From Okamejei kenojei (Eukaryota), in the NCBI GenBank assembly GCA_035221665.1, contig CM069153.1, positions 30,070,001 to 30,134,000 on the forward strand: a stretch of 64,000 nt of DNA, in the 5' to 3' direction. Shown here piece by piece: positions 13,001-25,000 of the stretch. Both the position numbers and the translations under genes were made by a program. Position 1 is the first letter of the stretch; every line of letters starts with the position of its first letter. The notes under the pieces were generated by a model. The model was given only the letters and a program-made list of their open reading frames with translations, ran no database searches and was not told the DNA's origin.

Positions 13001-16000
13001 TTGTCCCAAATATGTAGGATAGTGCAAGTGTACAGGGTCAGCACGAACTCGGTGCGTCTAACATCTTGTTTCCATGCTGCATCTCTAAAGTAAAGTACGA
13101 GGAACGTTTCACGGCACTGGGCCTGTACTCACTGGAGTTTAGAAAGATGAGGAGAATCTCATTGAAATCTACTGAATAGTGAAAGGCCAGGATAGAGTGG
13201 ATGTGGAGAGCATGTTTCCACCAGTGGGAGAGTCTAGGACCAGAGGGCACGGCCTCAGAATAAGAGGACGTACCTTTAGAAAGGAGATGAGGAGGAATTT
13301 CTTTAGCTAGAGAGTGGTGAATATGTGGAACTCATTGCCACAGACGGTGGTTGTGCCGAAGTGGAAATGGTCGAGAACTTCAAGTTCCTGGGTGTAAATA
13401 TCACAAACAGTTTGTCTTGGACCAACTACATTCATGCCTCAGCCAAGCTTTTCACTATATATCGGTACACATGACTACAAACTAAACTAAACTAAGGTAA
13501 AGTAAACTAAATTGCACCAACGCATCTACTTCCTCAGGGGACCAAGGAATGTTGGCAAGTCTCCAACAACTCTCTCCAACATCAATGGGTGCATTGTAGA
13601 ACTCATAATATCAGGATGCATCGATGCATCACAGGGAGACGACAAAATGCTAGAGTAACTCAGCGGGTCCGGCAGCATCTCAGGATAACCTTGGTATTTT
13701 GAAGCTAGGCATTGGCAAATCCTTGATTTGCAAGGGTATCAAGAATTATGGCAGGAGAATGGAGAAGATAGATCAGCCATGATTGAATGGTGGAATAGGC
13801 TTAATGGACTGAATGGCCTAATTCTTCTCGAATCTCTTTGCACGGGAGACCCGACTTTTACCCTGTCGGGTCTCCGTTGTCGTTGGGGCCTAGCACCGTG
13901 GAGCGGCCTCCGACCGGGACGACCTGGGGGCTCCAGTCACGGAGCCTGTGGAGCTGCGGACTACTTACTATCGTGGGGCGGGCCGGCCTTGGAGCGTGGG
14001 GAGCGGTGGTGGCTCGCTGCTGCGGCCCGACTCCGGAGCTCCAGCTCCAGCTGCAAATTACTGTCGGTGGACATCGGGAGCTCGCGGCTCCGGATGAAAG
14101 ACTGTTTCCCGGAGCTCCGCAACACAACTTCTCCCCCCGTGTCGAGGGATTGGAACGACCCGGAGCGGGGCCGTACATTGCCCGGCGCAGCTTTAAATGG
14201 CCGCGGGACATTCCAGCGCCCGCCGGGGGCTCCAACTTTGTGACTTTTGGGCCTAGAGCGGGGCCGTACATCGCCCGGCGCGGCCTCAATGGACATGGGA
14301 CTTAACATCGCCCGCCTGGGGCTTCGACATCGGGAGAGAAATGGTGCGGGGGAGAGAGAGGAACTTTGCCTTCCATCACAGTGAGGAGGAGATTCACTGT
14401 GATGGATGTTTGTGTGAATTGAATTGTTTGTGTGTTTTTTTATGAATTGTTCTGTTTATATGTCTTATAGAAACGGAGTTTTGTTTGAGCCTCTCTGAGG
14501 TTTGAATGACAAGTAATAAAATCTAATCTCCAGTCTAATCTAATCTTCTGCTCCTTTGCCTTATGAGACCATGGATAAGTGAGGTTTCCGGTTGTGACTC
14601 TTCCTCATTGTGGCAGTGGGGGGGGGGGGGGGGGGGGGGAGAGGGGGGAATGCTGGAAGAGAGGTGGGGGGGGGGGGGAGGGGCAGGGACTTAGCATTTA
14701 GTTTCAACTCAGGTGAACTTCATGAAAGTAAATTGTCTGAAAAAATAGTTTTTTTTTTTGGCAAAAGAATCAGTACTTTATCATGAAACACAGATCTTGT
14801 TCAAAATTAGATGAGTTTCTCCACAATGCACATGACAATTTTATGTACATGCACTCTATCTTTTAAATCATGTCGGTAAGTTATGTGTTAAAACCTTGGC
14901 CACCGTTTGAATGTCAGAAGACCCGTGGAGAGGAAACAGTGTCCATGGAAAGTATTGTCAGTTGCTCATTGTGACTTGTCCAGGATGTTCCCATATGGGG
15001 AGATACACAATACGTGAGAACATAAAGGTCACTTGGCTCCTCGAGCTTTCTCTGCCTTTTGTGGCTGGTCTGACCGTAACCTCGTTCCACATTCCTATCC
15101 CCTCACCGATCATCCTGTCAGTGTCCACGATCTACCTCTGCCTTAAGAATATTCAAAGACTCAAATCCACTGCCCTTGGAGGGAAAGATTTCTGATGACT
15201 CATGACCTTCTGACAAGAAATGTCTAATTTCCCTCTTAAATTTGTGACCTTCTATTTTTAGTGGTGACCTCTCGCTCCGAATGTTCCCCCAAGAGGGAAA
15301 TATCCTCTTCACGTCTCGCCAGTTAAGACCCCTTTGAATCTGACACATTTCAAACAAGTTACCTCACGGTCTTCTAAACACCAGTAGATATAAACCCGAT
15401 GTATCCCAGGTATGAGCCAAGCATCCAGCAAATGAGTTTATAATTTAAGTTATAATCACAGCAGAGGCAGCCACGTGGCAACACAACAAGACACAGAACT
15501 GAGGTCTGAAGCAATTAAAAGAAAGTAGGTGTCTAGGCCTTTAGTTTAATTTCAAATTATTTAAATCAATGTAATTACTTCATTTTTATATTCAGTTAAT
15601 TACTGTTAAAAAAAAAAGTTATTGTGATTAGTTTAACTTCAAATTAGTTAAATCAACGTATTTACTTCATTTTTACATACAGTTAATATATTGTTTGGTT
15701 TTGGTTTATTTTAAGTATTTAATTGTAATTAATTTCTACACATTTATTTTGGAATCGGATGATTTCACTTTGGTGGCCATGTAGTCTGTGTAAAATAATG
15801 CAAAACCACAAGGCTGTAGTTGCTGGAAATTGTCAACCACCTCCTATGCCACCAGAACCATCTACCACGTTGTTTCCGGTGAGTCATAGTTGGCCACAAA
15901 ATTAACAAGCCACAGGCTATGACCCTGAATTCTAAACAAAGAAACATAGAAAATAGGTGCACGAGTCGGCCTTTCAGCCCCTTGGGCCAGCACCGCCATT

Positions 16001-19000
16001 CAACATGATCATGGCTGATCATCCAAAATAAGTAGCCCGTTCCTGTTTTCTCTCCATAGCCCTTGATTCCGTTAGCCCTGAGAGCTATATCTAACTCTCC
16101 CTTGAAAACATCCAGTGAATTGGCCTCCACTGCCTTCTGTGGCGGAGAATTCCACAAATTCACAACTCTCTGGATGAAAAAGTTTTTCCTCATCTCAGTC
16201 CTAAATGGCCTATCCCTTATTCTTAAACTGTAACCCCTGGTTCTGGACTCCTCCAACACCAGGAACATTTTTCCTGCATCTAGCCAGTCCAATCCCTTAA
16301 GAATTTTATGATTCTTTAAGATCCTCTCTCATCCTTCCAATTTCCAGTGAATATGTCCAGTCGATCCATTCTTACATCATATGATATAAACATATGGACA
16401 TAAATATTTCAACATATGGACATATATACCCTCAGCAAGGGTAAGCATCAATTCCACTGCTCTCCAGAAGCCCCTTAAGAATTCTGCATATTTCAATGAG
16501 AACACATCTTCTAAACTCTCAAGTGTAAGGTTCCATCAGTCGTCGAAGGATGACACTGCCATCCCTGACATCTGCTTCTGCTGCCAGTGATCCAGACATC
16601 ACCAGCTCAAGGAGGAGAACGCAATAAAGCAGGCAACACTGGACTCTGGTGTGAAATGGTTGAACAAGCTCAGGTTCATCAGTTCTGTGCTTTAACCCCT
16701 GGGCTATGGGACCAGAAACTGTTGTGCAAAATGGCCCCATCTTTGAGCATGGACTGCTCTGGTCTACACAACGGTGCAGAAAACTCCAGGCTGTATGACT
16801 TCAATCAATGCTTTTGTTGTGACGGTACACACTGGTACAGAGTACTAGCACTTGTCAAAGGTTAAAAACTAGACCTTCAGATCGAGAACCAGTGACATAG
16901 GTTTAAAGTTAGGAGGGGAAAGATTTAATGGGAACCTGAGGGGTGACGTTTTTACACAAAGGGTGGTGGGTGTATGAAACAAGCTGTTGTAGGTGGACTA
17001 TCACAATATTTAAGAAACGTTTAGGACAGGTTTAGAGGGATATGGGCCAAATGCAAGCAGTTGGGACTGGTGTAGATGGGACATGTTGGACAATGTGGGC
17101 AAGTTGGGTTCTTGTGACTCTTCAATTTTTTAGAATAGTTGATTTTATACCTTTTAGTCATGAGTCATGTACTGAAACCAGAACAAAATTCTTACTTGCA
17201 GCAGCATAACAGGTCTGTCAACACTGTCTTCATAAATAACATAATAAACAAAAAGTTTAATATATTTACAATGCCCTCCAAAAATAACTCATATTGGTGC
17301 CCCTTTATTACTTATTAAATTAGAAGTTGATCGGTCACAAAATCAATACCATTGAAGGGGGTATTGAACAAATAAAATTGTTGATAAATGTAGCTTAATT
17401 TTTAATTGATGTGCATACTGGCAATTTTTTTTCCACAACAATAGCACTGACTTTAATGCCGTGGGAACTGAGATGAGGCCTATTGTTGTTCGTTAGCGTG
17501 TAAGCAACCTTAAAAACAAAACGCAAAGTGATGGAGTAACTCAGCGGGCCAGGCAGCATCTCTGAAGGACATGGATGGGCGACGTTTCAGGTCGGGACCC
17601 TTCTTCAGACTCGGAACTTCTCTTGACTTTGAAGAAGGGTCCTGACCCGAAACATCACCAGTCCGTGTTCTCCAGACATGCTGCTTGACCCGCTGAGTTA
17701 CTCCAGAACTTTGTGTTTTTGCTTGTAAACCAGCGCCTGCAGGTCCTTGTGTCTCTCTTGTAAAGAAACTCACCGGATTCTCTGGTGCGACCATTGACCT
17801 GTGGACTCCAGGGTCCTGAGCCGATGGCGTTGAACGCTTGCACCTGCACTCTGTACTCAGTCCACTCCTCCAGATCCTCGATGGTGAAATCCCGCTCAAT
17901 ACGATCGTGGATGATGTGGGTCAGAGTTGACCCATTCCCCTCTGACTTCCCATAGTTTATTTTGTATCCCACTGATTCCTGATTCCCATTGTACTCCGAT
18001 TCAGGCAAAGGCTGAGGAAAGAAATGTAGCAATTTCTTTATCAGTTCAATTTTAGAAGTTTTAACTGTTTTTTGTGTAAACGCCTAACTTATCCAAATAA
18101 AACTAACTGATCTTCATCACAGGCATTCAAGTGAATGAACTATAGTCTCTGATTCAATGCCCTCAGAAATAATTATAGTAAAAGTTTAATCTGCTATCAT
18201 CCTTCACCATCATTTTCCCACCATAATAAAAATAATCTGCTATAAATTTCTGCAATAAAGATCAAAAATTGAGTAAATTTAAAGGCATAAAATGTACATT
18301 ATCACATTAGATTAATTGTCGCTGAGAGTGATTATTTCCAGCTAATTATACTTGGTTTTGTACCCATTCCCATTCAGATAATAGACGGGAGAATCTTCGC
18401 TGGGTGTACACCAGCTAATCATGTTGATTAAATTAATGTTCTGTGGAATGCTATAATCTTCCTGCCGGCTTACAAATACAGGGATCAGAAAATTAACTTT
18501 GCAGGGAAGCCTCAAAATTGAAGATTTTAAACCTTCCTGACCAATGGTGATTGGAAGATTCATTAATTCACAAGAAAGTGACTGTTACCCTGGTGAAGAC
18601 ACATGACAGGTGATTTGGCCACAGTTACTTTACTGATGCTCCGATGATAGTTTGCGTTTTGAGTGGTGAAACCATTCTGTGGCATACACAGTGACATTAA
18701 CATACACCGTGAGGAGTAGCGGCCCCAGCACCGACCCCTGCGGAACACCGCTGGTCACTGGCAGCCAACCAAAAAAGCTCCATTTATTGCCACTCTTTGC
18801 CTTCTGCCATTCAGCCAACCGGCTATCCACGCTAATATCTTCCCAATGATACCATGGGCTCTCATCTTCTTTAGCAGTCTCACCTTATCGAAGGCTTTCT
18901 GAAAATCCAAGTAAACAACATCCACTGACTCTCCTTTGCCTATCCTGCTATTTACTTCCTCAACGAATGCCAACAGGTTCGTCAGACAAGATTTCCTTTT

Positions 19001-22000
19001 TATAAAACCATGTTGAACCTCGGCCTATTTCATCATGTACTTAGAAACCTCATCCCTTATAATGGACTTTAAAATCTTACAACCACTGAAGTCAGCGCAC
19101 CGGCCTATAGTTTCCACTCTTCTGCTCCCTTCTTGAACAGTGGAGTAAGATTTGCACTTTTCCAATTGTCTGGAACCACTCCTGACTCTAGTGATTCTTG
19201 AAGGATCAACACTAATGCCTCCACAATCTCTAAGGCCCTGGGGTGCAATCCAGCTGATAAGGTGACTTATCCACCTTCAGACCTTTCAGCTTCCCAAGCA
19301 TCTTCTCCTTTGAAATAGCCAATCCACTGACTTCCATCCATTGAATCTCTTGAATTTCAGGCATGTTGTTGGTGTCTTCCACTATCCACTGTGAAGACTG
19401 ATGCAAAAAACGTATTCAGTCCATCAGCCATTTCTTTATTTCCTACTATTACATCTCCAGCATCATTTTCCAGTGGTCCAATGTCCACTCTGGCCTCTTC
19501 CTTACTCTTTATATATCTGAAGAAACTTTTGCTCTCCTCTTGTATATTATGGCCTTACTTACTTTCATATTTCATAGTATATATCTGATCTGATTGGTGA
19601 GAATGCAAAGCACATGGTACATGTGACACTAATAAAACTAAACTTAAAAATGAAGCTCTCAATGACCACCAAGCGGGGCACCAGTAGAAAGCCCAGTGGA
19701 AGGTTCTCCGACTCAGTTTGGATGGAGAAGGGAGGGAGAGGTAGTGGGTGGGGCAAGGAGCTGCACTCGGAGACAAAGGTTTCATGTCATACTGCAATAC
19801 AAGTGTTTCAGAAGCACTTAAACAAGCTAGAAAACAAGTGATATTGGTTACTCCTGAGACGAGAGCCCTGGTCTGTTACATACCACCCAACGGAGCCAGA
19901 GACTTGTCTCACTTGCAGTGCGCAGGGTCACATTGGCAGGAGCCATGTCAGGCGGGGCCTGCAACGTTTGAATTTTGCGTGATAGCTGGCTCGGCAAGCT
20001 CGTCCCCACGATGTTGACCTGGCGCATGCGGAACCTGCAGAGACACAGAGCGGGCACTGCGATACAAGACAATCCACAATCCCCGAGTGGGCACTGAGCT
20101 ACTGGACATTCCATGCCACCCTCACGGGCACTGAATGACAGGACATTCCACATGTGAATGGTACCTGTAATGTGTGAGTGATACCCGTAATGAGGAGTGG
20201 TACCTGTAATGTGTGAGTGACACCTGTAATGGGCGAATAATATCTGTAATGGGTGAATGGTACCTGTATTGGGCGAATGGTACCTGTAATGCGTAAATGA
20301 TTGTAATGGGTGAACCGTACCTGTAATGGGTGAACCGTACCTGTAATGGGTGAATGGTACCTGTAATGGATGAATGGTACGTAATGAGTGAATGGTATCT
20401 GTAATGGGTGAAGTCCCTGTTAAGAGTGAACTGTACCTGTAATGAGTGAAATGTACAGTGGCTTGCAAAAGTATTCATACCCCTTGAACTTTTCCACGTT
20501 TTGTCGCGTTAAAACCACAAACGTAAATGTATTTTATTGGGATTTTATGTGATAGACCAACACAAAGTGGCGCATAATTGTGAAGTGGAAGGAAAATGAT
20601 ACATTGTTTTCAAATTTTTTTACAAATAAAAAACTGAAAAGTGTGGCGTGCTAAAGTATTCAGCCCGCTTTACTCTGATACCGCTAACTAAAATCCAGTG
20701 CAACCAATTGCCTTCAGAAGTCACCTAATTAGTAAATAGAGTCAACTTGTGTGTAATCTAATCTCAGTATAAATACAGCTGTTCTGTGAAGGCCTCAGAG
20801 GTTTGTTAGAGAACATTAGTGAACAAACAATGTTCCTTGGGCATCATGAAGCCCAAGGAACACACCAGACAGGTCAGGGATAAAGTTGTGGAGAAGTTTA
20901 AAGCAGGGATAGGTTATAAAAAAATATCCCAAGCTTTGAACATCTCACGGAGCACTGTTCAATCCATCATCCGAAAATGGAAAGAGTATGGCACAACTGC
21001 AAACCTACCAAGACATGGCCGTCCACCTAAACTGACAGGCCGGGCAAGGAGAGCATTGATCAGAGAAGCAGCCATGAGGCCCATGGTAACTCTGGGGAAG
21101 CTGCAGAGATCCACAGCTCAGGTGGGAGAATCTGTCCACAGGACAACTATTTGTCATGCACTCCACAAATCGGGCCTTTATGGAAGAGTGGCAAGAAGAA
21201 AGCCATTGTTGAAACAAAGCCATAAGAAGTCTTGTTTGCAGTTTGCCCCAGCCATGTGGGGGACACAGCAAACATGTGGAGGAAGGTGCTCTGGTCTGAT
21301 GAGACCAACATTGAAGTTTTTGACCTAAATGCAAAACGCTATGTGTGGCAGAAAACTAACACTGAACATCACCCTTAACACACCATCCCCACTGTGTAAC
21401 ATGGTGGTGGCAGCATCATGCTGTGGGGATGCTTTTCTTCAGCAGGGACAGGGAAACTGGTCAGAGTTCTTGGGAAGATGGATGGGGCCAAATACTGGGC
21501 AATCTTGAAAGAAAACCTGTTAGAGTCTGCAAAAGACTTGAGACTGGGGCAGAGGTTCACCTTCCAGCAGGACACCGACCCTAAACATTCAGCCAGAGCT
21601 GCAATGGAATGGTTTAGATCAAAGTATATTCATGTGTTAGAATGGCCCAGTCAAAGTCCAGACCTAAATCCAATTGAGAATCTCTGGCAAGACTTGAACA
21701 TTGCTGTTCACAGACGCTCTCCATCCAATCTGACTGAGCTTGAGCTATTTTGCAAAGAACAATGGACAAAAATGTCAGTCTCTAGATGTGCAAAGCTGGT
21801 AGAGACATACCCCAAAAGACTTGCAGCTGTAATTGCAGCGAAAGGTGGTTCTACTAAGTATTGACTCAGGGGGGCTGAATACTTTTGCACGCCACACTTT
21901 TCAGTTTTTTATTTGTAATAAAATTTGGAAACCATGTATCATTTTCCTTCCACTTCACAATTATGCACCACTTTGTGTTGGTATATCACATAAAATCCCA

Positions 22001-25000
22001 ATAAAATACATTTACGTTTGTGGTTGTAACGTGACAAAATTTGGAAAAGTTCAAGGGGTATGAATACTTTTGCAAGCCACTGTACCTATAATGAGTGAAT
22101 GATACCTGTAATGGGTGAATGGTACATGTCATGGATGAATGGTACCTGTAATGATGAATGGTACTTGTAATGAGTGAATGATACCTGTAATGGGTGAATG
22201 GTACCTGTAATGGATGAATGGTACCTGTAATGATGAATGGTACTTGTAATGAGTGAATGATACCTGTAATGGGTGAATGGTACCTGTAATGGATGAATGG
22301 TACCTGTAATGATAAATGGTACTTGTAATGAGCGAATAATACCTGTAATGGGTACCCGTAATGGATGAATGGTACCTGTAATGATGAATGGTACTTGTAA
22401 TGAGGGAATGGTACCTGTAATGGGCGAACAGTGCCTGTAATGAGTGAACTGTACCTGTAATGGGTGAAAGGGTTGAGGTTGGGGACCTCCAGGGAGCGTG
22501 CATCAGGCTCGTTGACCAGCTGATGAACCAGGTGCCATTCCTCATGCTCCCCAATTACACCGACCTGAGGAAGGAAAGCAGAGGTCAGCCCAGGGGCGCT
22601 GCGCAACCAGCCAGTATTCTGCTTGGCTTCATCCTCTGGAGGAAGCATGGAATGGCTGCAGTCCACGTTGGTATTAATTAAAAAAAACCTCAAAAGGATC
22701 AAGGAGATTGAAAATACTCTTAAAATATTATTACTCAGTTAATCACAGTCAAAGATAGACCCAAAATGCTGGAGTAACTCAGCGGGTCAGGCAGCATCTC
22801 TGGAGAGAAGGAATGGGTGACATTTCAGATGGGTATGATCCAAAACATCACCTGTTCCTTTCCTCCAGCGATGCTGCCTGACCCGCTGAGTTACTCCAGC
22901 ATTTTGGATCTATCTTCGGTATAAGACAGCTTCTGCAGTTCCTTCCTAAACATAATCACTTACAGCAATTCAATTTCTTCTAACGGAAAAATTAAACCAA
23001 TTATAATTAAACAATGGGCAGCAAGATTAAAACAGCTAAGATATTTTGTTCAGTTACATTGTACAATATTCTTTCCAGTTCTTTTCAGAATATTAGCCAA
23101 ATCAGAATCAATTAGTGAACTACATCAAACTCCGTGTTGCATTTGCTCAAGTGTTCACAATTGTCTTTGTTACAGTAATGGCTTCATTACTACTTGCATT
23201 TCAGAAACTTTTTCATAAAGAAAAATTGCGCTCTATGGTGGCAAAATTAGCATAATGCCAAAGCCAAGCCTTATACATTTATGATAATGAGGAGAGGTAG
23301 AGGGAAACAGTTTTGGAGACACAAGTAAGTGCAGACGCTGGAATTTTAAGTGCTGGGAGTAACACAGCAGGTCAGGCAGCATCTGTGGAGGGAATGTACA
23401 GGCAACGTTTCAGGTTGGGACTCTTCTTCAGACTTCAGTTGTTAAGAATGGATTTAAAGAGGGTGTTGGAGAGAGGATGAGGTTCGAGGAGGAGATTGAG
23501 AATCTGGGCAGCTGATGACAGTGTCACCATTGGTTACATTGGAAAAGAGACACGAGACAACGGACGTAAATGGAGAGACTCAGGGAGATGGTTGGATGTT
23601 GGGTGAGAGATGTTCAGTGCCAGCAGCAAGATTTTGAAAATGTTTGGCCCAGAAGTCACAAGTCATCATGAATTAAAGCATTGATGAGAGGGATGGTGTG
23701 AAATAGAATATGATGAAGAGTATTTGAAGAGCAGTATTAAAATGACATAGTAGTGCAGTGGTAGACCCGCTGCATCACAGTGCTAGAGACCCTGGTTCGA
23801 TCCTAACCTCAGGTGCTGTCTGTGTGGAGTTTGAACGTCCTCCCTGCGACCGCGTGGGTTTCCCCCGGGTGCTTTGGTTTTCCCCCACATCCCAAAGTTG
23901 TGGGGGTTTGTGGGTTAATTGGCCTCTGCAAATTGCCCATGATGTGTAGGGAGTGAATGAGAAAGATGAATGATGGTCAGCATGGACTCGATGGGCTGAA
24001 GGGCCCGTTTCCCAGCCGCTTCTCTACTACTAAAAAAATTAATGTAAAGTGAGAAAGACATGAAGATGTAATTCAGTTGGCCTAAGATGAAGGCTCCGGC
24101 AGTGGTTGTGATGGAGATTAAAGCAGACAGATGTGGCAAATAAGAAGAGACAATGTCTACCATTCAATCATAGATTCTCAACCACGTCGCTGAAGGAACA
24201 GCTCCTCATGTATCGCTTGGGCAGCTTACAACCCAGCAATATGAATATTGATTTCTCTAACCAAGTAACCCTTGCTTTTCATCTCTCTCCATCCCTCCCC
24301 GCCTTAGTTCTCTGACTAGTTACCCTGTCCTCCTGATTAAATATTACTGATTGTTTGCCGTGTTTTCACCTTCCCCTCAGCTAACAATGAACCATTCTAC
24401 GTTTCCTTTAGCATTATCTGCTTTAATCCGTCATTTTCACACCTTGCCCTTCCATATCTCTAGACTTCCCCTCCCCTGACTCTCAGTCTGAAGAAGGATC
24501 TCGACCCGAAATGTCACCGATTCCTTCTCTCCAGAGATGCTGCCCGTCCTGTTGAGTTACTCCAGCATTTTGTGTCTATCTTCGGTGTAAACCAACAGCT
24601 GCTGTTTCTTCCCACACAAGTCCCTGAAAACGATGGTTTCATTGGTTACCATCATAATTCTGAGTAAGAAGTCATCACTGCCACTTCCTTTACACACAGC
24701 AGGGTAAATGCAGACTTTTGATAAAAATGTAAAATGCAATGAATCGGTATCTTAAAATAAATATTAATTGGATTATTCCTGGGTTCCGTGACAAAGTGGT
24801 TACCGCCGTCCTTTGTCTCTCAAATCTACATGGAAAAAGCAAATTCAATTACCTACTGGAATTGAAAGCTGGCATTCACAGTTAAGGTAGCAAAGATCAC
24901 ATATATTTAGCTCCAGAATTACTTTTCAAGCTCAATTTACAGTCAATGTATCGCCTAGGCAATGGATTTTAATATTAGTTAAAAGCAACTGGTATCATTA

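Noticed and set aside
13728-14308. Four overlapping ORFs of 115-171 aa on both strands
   Set aside because: Expected from very GC-rich repeat sequence; no recognisable domain or splice context.
3391-17773. Missing SDK2 exon or nested gene in the 14.4-kb intron
   Set aside because: The flanking exons join directly (RTRES-VPSSGP) and the ORFs inside are short or repeat-derived.
20153-22469. CRISPR-like array
   Set aside because: Units are contiguous with no unique spacers, there are no cas genes, and the context is a vertebrate intron.
20122-22554. His/Tyr/Thr-rich ORFs (20122-20478, 22129-22554) as independent genes
   Set aside because: They are translations of a 20-bp minisatellite with no stop codon on the minus strand.
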